Shown here: positions 59,229-64,000 of the stretch, piece after piece
How the letters are laid out: each line of letters opens with the position of its first letter
How positions within the stretch are numbered: position 1 is the stretch's first letter
Made by a program: the position numbers and the translations under genes
Source of the DNA: Anthoceros angustus
Lineage: Eukaryota > Plantae > Anthocerotophyta
Assembly: GCA_010909165.1 (NCBI GenBank)
Contig: MU008169.1
Coordinates: 310,001-374,000, forward strand
Reading direction: 5' to 3'
DNA: 64,000 nucleotides
Notes under the pieces: model-generated
What the model was told of the DNA's origin: nothing
Seen by the model: only the letters and a program-made list of their open reading frames with translations
Database searches by the model: none

Positions 59229-59814
59229 ATGTTGTAAGCTAGAAGGACTCTCTGAGCATAATGGAATGAAAGCCATAGAGAGTTCAATGCCTTGAAGTGC
59301 ACTCAAATAGTGAGCTATAAATTTGAAAGACTGGAAAACAATGAAGAGTTGGGTAGCTTGGAATGCTCTCAAGTAGCAATCAATGATTCTACAAAAGAAC
59401 CTGTACCGATTATTTTTAATTATAAAATAAATATACATATAATAGGTATTTGAAACACCAAGTACCATAGACACCCAATGATACTTCGATCCCAAGAACC
59501 GGAACCGCCAAGATGTTTGTGGAAACTACCCTAAAGAGGTTTATAATTGAGGACCACCATTTTATATAAATCTATTGCAGTTAGCACTGATGCTAACATT
59601 TAGAAATAGGCAGCAGCGAAGTATCAAAAAGAGCGTTGAGAGATTGAGTCGTGGACTACTTAAAGAGGCCTAGTCTACTTTCTAATATTGCTACTTTACA
59701 CACTTACATTAGATTGTTTGTGATTGGCCGCATGCACGATTGGGGTTGCTATTGCTCCAAAGTCTAAACGTGATGGTGAAATGAGATGAGTGACCATTAT
59801 AAAACCCATAGAAA

Positions 59815-61183
59815 GTGTGCCAAACATATTGGTGGAATGTATATAAAAGTTGTGACAACTACAATAGTGGTGGAATCCAAATCTACAGAAAAACTATCAA
59901 ATGTACTGGAATTGTGCCAAACATGGTGAAATCCACAAAGAGTGGGAACATGGATACTACAGAGGGCGTCTCTAGCGTTGACCCTGCTTCAGTTGATGGT
60001 TGTCCGTTCTTCCCGGTTTATGCTGAGCGGGACTTTTACTTCAACATTGCTAACAATCTGACAAAAATGAAGCTATATAAACTTGCTTTCCAAGCTGCAG
60101 GTAAAGCCCTAATAAGGACACCGAGATGTTATGGTGGTAAATATATAGCTATCAAAAAATTGTATGATGTACTTTGTAAGAAGTGCATGGAAGAAATCAA
60201 CGTCATGTCATCTCAAAATAGGCAAAAATAGGAGAAAATGATGATAAGATAAAAATAGCGGATATAGTTAGAAAACCATGCGAGTTTGGAGTAGCAAGCA
60301 AAAGCGGCACTACTAGATGGATAGACAAAACGAGGCCTTAACTAGACCATGACACTTGAAAAGTCATAGCGCCTTACTTTGAATATAATGTGTTCAAGAG
60401 AAAGGTATGGCTTTCTATCTAAGATTTCGTCTCTATTTATGTTTACATACTTCATCTAGATATATATCATAATGATAGAAATGAGTCATGATTTCATAAA
60501 CTCGAGTCTTTCCATTTTGCAAGTGAAGTAGTAAGAAGAAGAACAATATCTTACTTCATCCAATACGGAGCTATCACGGAATTGTGTATTGCACTTCGAA
60601 GTTCGGATAAGCTATAGTTGCCAAATGGCTTATAGATCTTCCTACCACTCTAAGGAAGAACGACAGACAAAGAAATGAGACCTACGCTGTATCACAAGAT
60701 TCTTATTCAGAAAACAACGATGATTTATTTGGGACAACATTAGAAGACAACGATATCATGAGACTCTTACCAAAAGAGTAGTTGGATTGAAAAAACCTGT
60801 AACCAAGACTTGCTTTGTTGAAAAGAAAGAACACGTGTTATACAAAACTTTTCCATGAAGAGGACATATGTGAAGAAGATTATTGTATAGAGCACATGTC
60901 AAGGATTTATAGGGATCAAGTTAGCGCTTTATTGATAACAAAATTTTCCAAAGAAGAAAGCTCTAGCAGGGTAGAACAGGAAGTCGCCACAACTATGTGT
61001 CACAAAGAGAACTATCGCAAACGTAACTCAAAAGATTATGGAAAGAAATGTGCAAGGAAGATTGAGAACAAGAATATTTTGACAAGGTGGAGAGGGAGAC
61101 GATTGAGAAACATAACATGTGGAATGCTTGGTGTCAAAACAAGTAGAAGGTGTAAGGGTCTTTGTAGCTCTGTGACTTTGTGA
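59815..61183 (+). mobile_element. Probable hAT-superfamily transposase relic
   Basis: FFPVYAERDFYFNIANN...YKLAFQAAG...KKLYDVLCKKCMEEI followed by a TRWIDKTR-like piece resembles hAT/DUF659 'IPFN.A....F..M..A.G...PS...LL....DGW.D'. It is heavily degenerate. Confidence 0.45.
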
Positions 61184-62895
61184 CTCCGTGATTTAGCAGA
61201 CTAACATACTTCCTTCGAAATATACATTACAAATTGTTCATCAATTCCATTTTAAGTTCTTATAAGAACTTATGAAATATTGCCCTTGTGAAACATTATT
61301 GTAGTGCATCTGAGCATGTAGAGGACATGCTACATTATCTTAAGAACAAGACCAATTGTAAAAATTCTTCAAAAAAATTAATATAATAATGTTTTTATTT
61401 CACATGATATCGTCGTTTTTTCTCTAACATATTAATTTGGGATAAAGACACTATGTTTAGATTAATAATAAAATTTTAATATTTTTTTAATAATCTCAAC
61501 TGACTAAAATTATCCTTAATAACCTTTGATAAAATCTTCTATATTAAAACTAACTGCAAATGAATTTTATAGATATCTGAGTTCACAATGAATAAAATAT
61601 TGAATCAAGATCCATGCGTGAGAATGTATCTCTACTAGCAAACGTAACGATTCCGCACCTTATACTCAACCAACAACATGTATATATGTAGCTTTACACT
61701 TTGTTTTACTTGGCCGAGATAGCGCAAATGACATCGAGCTTCGTTGGCTGCTGTCAAACAATCCTACAGCCGGAGGTTAAAACAGAGGCCCCTATAGACA
61801 ATAACTAGGTAAGGCTATCAATACAATTCTCTCTCTTCATACATACACGTGCCCAACATCTTACTTCCAGCATATGATGGAAAACATTACAGGCAGACGT
61901 GGAGTAACTTTCATATAGTCATACACAACGTGAAGTCCTGGTGCAAACTATGACACAAGTGCATACAAAGTTCTAGTCAGGCATGCACAAATACACATGG
62001 CACAAAATCTACAATCAATGCCTCAACCCATGCCTCTAGAGAGGTGCGATCTAGGCAGCAACTCATGCAGAGGAGAGTTTGCTGTGGGGGTGCACAAAGG
62101 CATGGGCTTAAGTAGCAGCATAGGTAGAGACCAACAGTTTGCTGCGAGTTGCAAAAGCTACATGGGAAGAGAAAAATCACACAAGCTTGTTTTGCTAATG
62201 GAAGTGGAGCTCCCCACACATGCAGCGCGCCAGCGTCCTTTGCGAAAACCCGGGCCGTTTCTTGTCACAACCCAACATAAATTCGTAATCAGACCGGCGA
62301 TCAATGGACGATAGACACGTAGACTTCAGGAGATACGGAGTGATAAGGCTGTCACCCGCCAATCGTGCCACGTGCCATCTCAAGGCATTATCGTACAAGA
62401 ATTTCACAAAAATTGAGGACAGTGAAACGCAAGTGATGAAACAGTTGGAAGACTTGAGTGGTGTGATAGAAGTTCATAACTCAGCGAAAAAACGAGCTTG
62501 GCCTTTACTTAAAAAGAATGCGACATCCGTATCTTCTTCAAAGCGCTTCCGAAGCCTCAGGTCTGTCTATGTGACATGTCTACTAGCAATTATCGATGCC
62601 TATGCTTTGAACAGCATCGGTAGATACTCCGAATTCGTACTTTACAATTCGACTGATTTTGAGATGATCCGCTACCGAACTGCTGCGCAAAAAAAAAAAG
62701 TCAGCATGCTTCAGAACAGAGAAGAAGAAGACGAAAGGAAAAAAAAAACTTGCACAAGAAAGCAAAGATGTCGGAACAGACTGATCTGGAGCAACACAAG
62801 CAGCTGCAAGATGAATTCAGGATGGATTCAAGACGAAAAGATGGCATGAGGAAGTCATCCAGGAGCGTAGGAAGGCTTACCAGCGGATGAGAGGC

Positions 62896-63294
62896 TCAAT
62901 CCTCGTACACTCGGCACTCATCTGTCTCGGGGTTCTCCTTGCAGTAGGCCTCAAGAGGATCCTTGTTATCCTTCTCCGCGACTTTCTTGTGCGCAGCTGC
63001 GGCGCTGAGCTCCTCAACCTCGTCCCACTGAGCAACGCATTCCTTGGAGGTCTCGTCCGCAGCGCACACCTCCTGCGCTTCCTGGATGCTCCGCTCCACC
63101 TTGGCGGCCAGGCTATCTACATCCACCGACTTAGGCTGCAAGGCGGCCACGACATGCAGTCTTCTTGCGGAGCGGAGAGGCGCCAGAGCGGGCATGGACA
63201 CAGTCCTCACGGAGGAGAACTGCGAGTGCGGCAAACTGGCCGCCACCGGTGAGGGCACGCAGATGGCCTGAGCTGCCATTGTGACCGACGCCAT
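62896..63294 (-). CDS. CP12: Calvin cycle regulator CP12, chloroplastic, intronless
   Basis: Transit peptide followed by IQEAQEVCAADETSKECVAQWDEVEELSAAAAH...DPLEAYCKENPETDECRVYED. Both Cys pairs are present. Confidence 0.96.
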   Translation of the reverse strand: MASVTMAAQAICVPSPVAASLPHSQFSSVRTVSMPALAPLRSARRLHVVAALQPKSVDVDSLAAKVERSIQEAQEVCAADETSKECVAQWDEVEELSAAAAHKKVAEKDNKDPLEAYCKENPETDECRVYED

Positions 63295-63700
63295 CGCACC
63301 AGACGCGGATGCAGCTGAAGAGATCGGAATTGCTCTGTTGCGTAACGGCAGCCGGCAGCGCTTTCAAAGACGCTCAGAGCTCGGGCTCTCCCGCAGGAAG
63401 CAGCAGGCAATCTGGGGAGGGCACGGAAGCGTGGTGGGGCGGTAGCAACACAGAGGGGATTTTTACCCGCAGCTTCGGCACAGGTTCGGCTGCCCCGAGC
63501 CTGCCACAGCCTGGAGAAACAGGATATTTCTCCAGGCCACGGGGAATCGCTGTTCTGGCTTTGCCGCACTTTATCACCTCCTTGCCACGGTGCTCCACGC
63601 GAGTGCATCGGTAACGACTTCTCTTTTACATAATATTCTGCAGGCTTTGAGCCTAGGAAAATGTGAAACAATTAGATCGATAAATACATAAGGCTAAAGA

Positions 63701-64000
63701 CTAGCTTGTAGGTGCTGCTTCCTGGGAAAGCGGTGTGGCCATCTTCAGCAGGGCAGGAATCCAGGCATCCACAACTTCAGACGTTCCATACCATTTCCTG
63801 CTGCTGCTCTCGTTGCTTGCTGGAAAGTGCTCCACACCTGACTTGGCACACAATAAAAGAATTGCGTCACTGAGCAGGGGTTGCGGTGAGAGATATCCGG
63901 ATGCTTCTTGTGATATCAAGAGGAGATGCAAACCTTCCAGAATGATGTGCTCTGCACCTTCCAAACCTATGGCACACTGTACAGGTGTGACACCGTCACC
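63701..64000 (-). CDS. 3' end of a PGAP1-like alpha/beta-hydrolase, partial
   Basis: Removing a 96-nt GT-AG intron (63933-63838) gives GDGVTPVQCAIGLEGAEHIILEGVEHFP...KWYGTSEVVDAWI, matching the family C-terminus GDGVVP...LEGA....GV.H...WYG...VV..W. Confidence 0.7.
   Translation of the reverse strand, partial: GDGVTPVQCAIGLEGAEHIILEGLHLLLISQEASGYLSPQPLLSDAILLLCAKSGVEHFPASNESSSRKWYGTSEVVDAWIPALLKMATPLSQEAAPTS

Noticed and set aside
62304-62849. 181-aa plus-strand ORF
   Set aside because: It lies antisense to the CP12 3' region, runs through A homopolymers and has no recognisable domain.

Overview
This is eukaryotic, gene-dense land-plant nuclear DNA with short GT-AG introns. It is most likely a non-seed plant, probably a hornwort. 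That is an inference from a PLS-PPR with a WW-type PG box, a cilia-type C2orf81-like gene and bacterial-like genes that carry introns. I can support about 16 protein genes: ARIADNE RBR ligase (5'-partial), PLS-E-PG(WW) PPR, ATRM2-like DEDDy exonuclease apparently spliced to a C-terminal dsRNA-binding domain, plastid J20 DnaJ, bacterial-type HIT hydrolase, C2orf81/DUF4639-like protein, head-to-head EAF6 and SLU7, a secreted EG45/DPBB-like protein with 14 DY-containing Pro/Thr repeats, a bacterial-type cupin, FAD4, an Ala/Glu-rich hydrophilic protein, Abraxas-like, Gnk2/DUF26-like, Rad60-type SUMO-like protein, CP12 and the 3' end of a PGAP1-like hydrolase. At 41.4-55.6 kb a decayed Copia element (TSD AGAAG) has a chromodomain Gypsy element (TSD AGGGA) nested in one of its LTRs. 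Many minisatellites and AT-rich TE relics fill the intergenic DNA. Dense 1-2 nt deletions inside repeats and in one GC-rich gene suggest unpolished long-read errors, so frameshifts there should be treated with caution. No rRNA, tRNA or CRISPR was seen. Family assignments come from recalled motifs; no database search was run.
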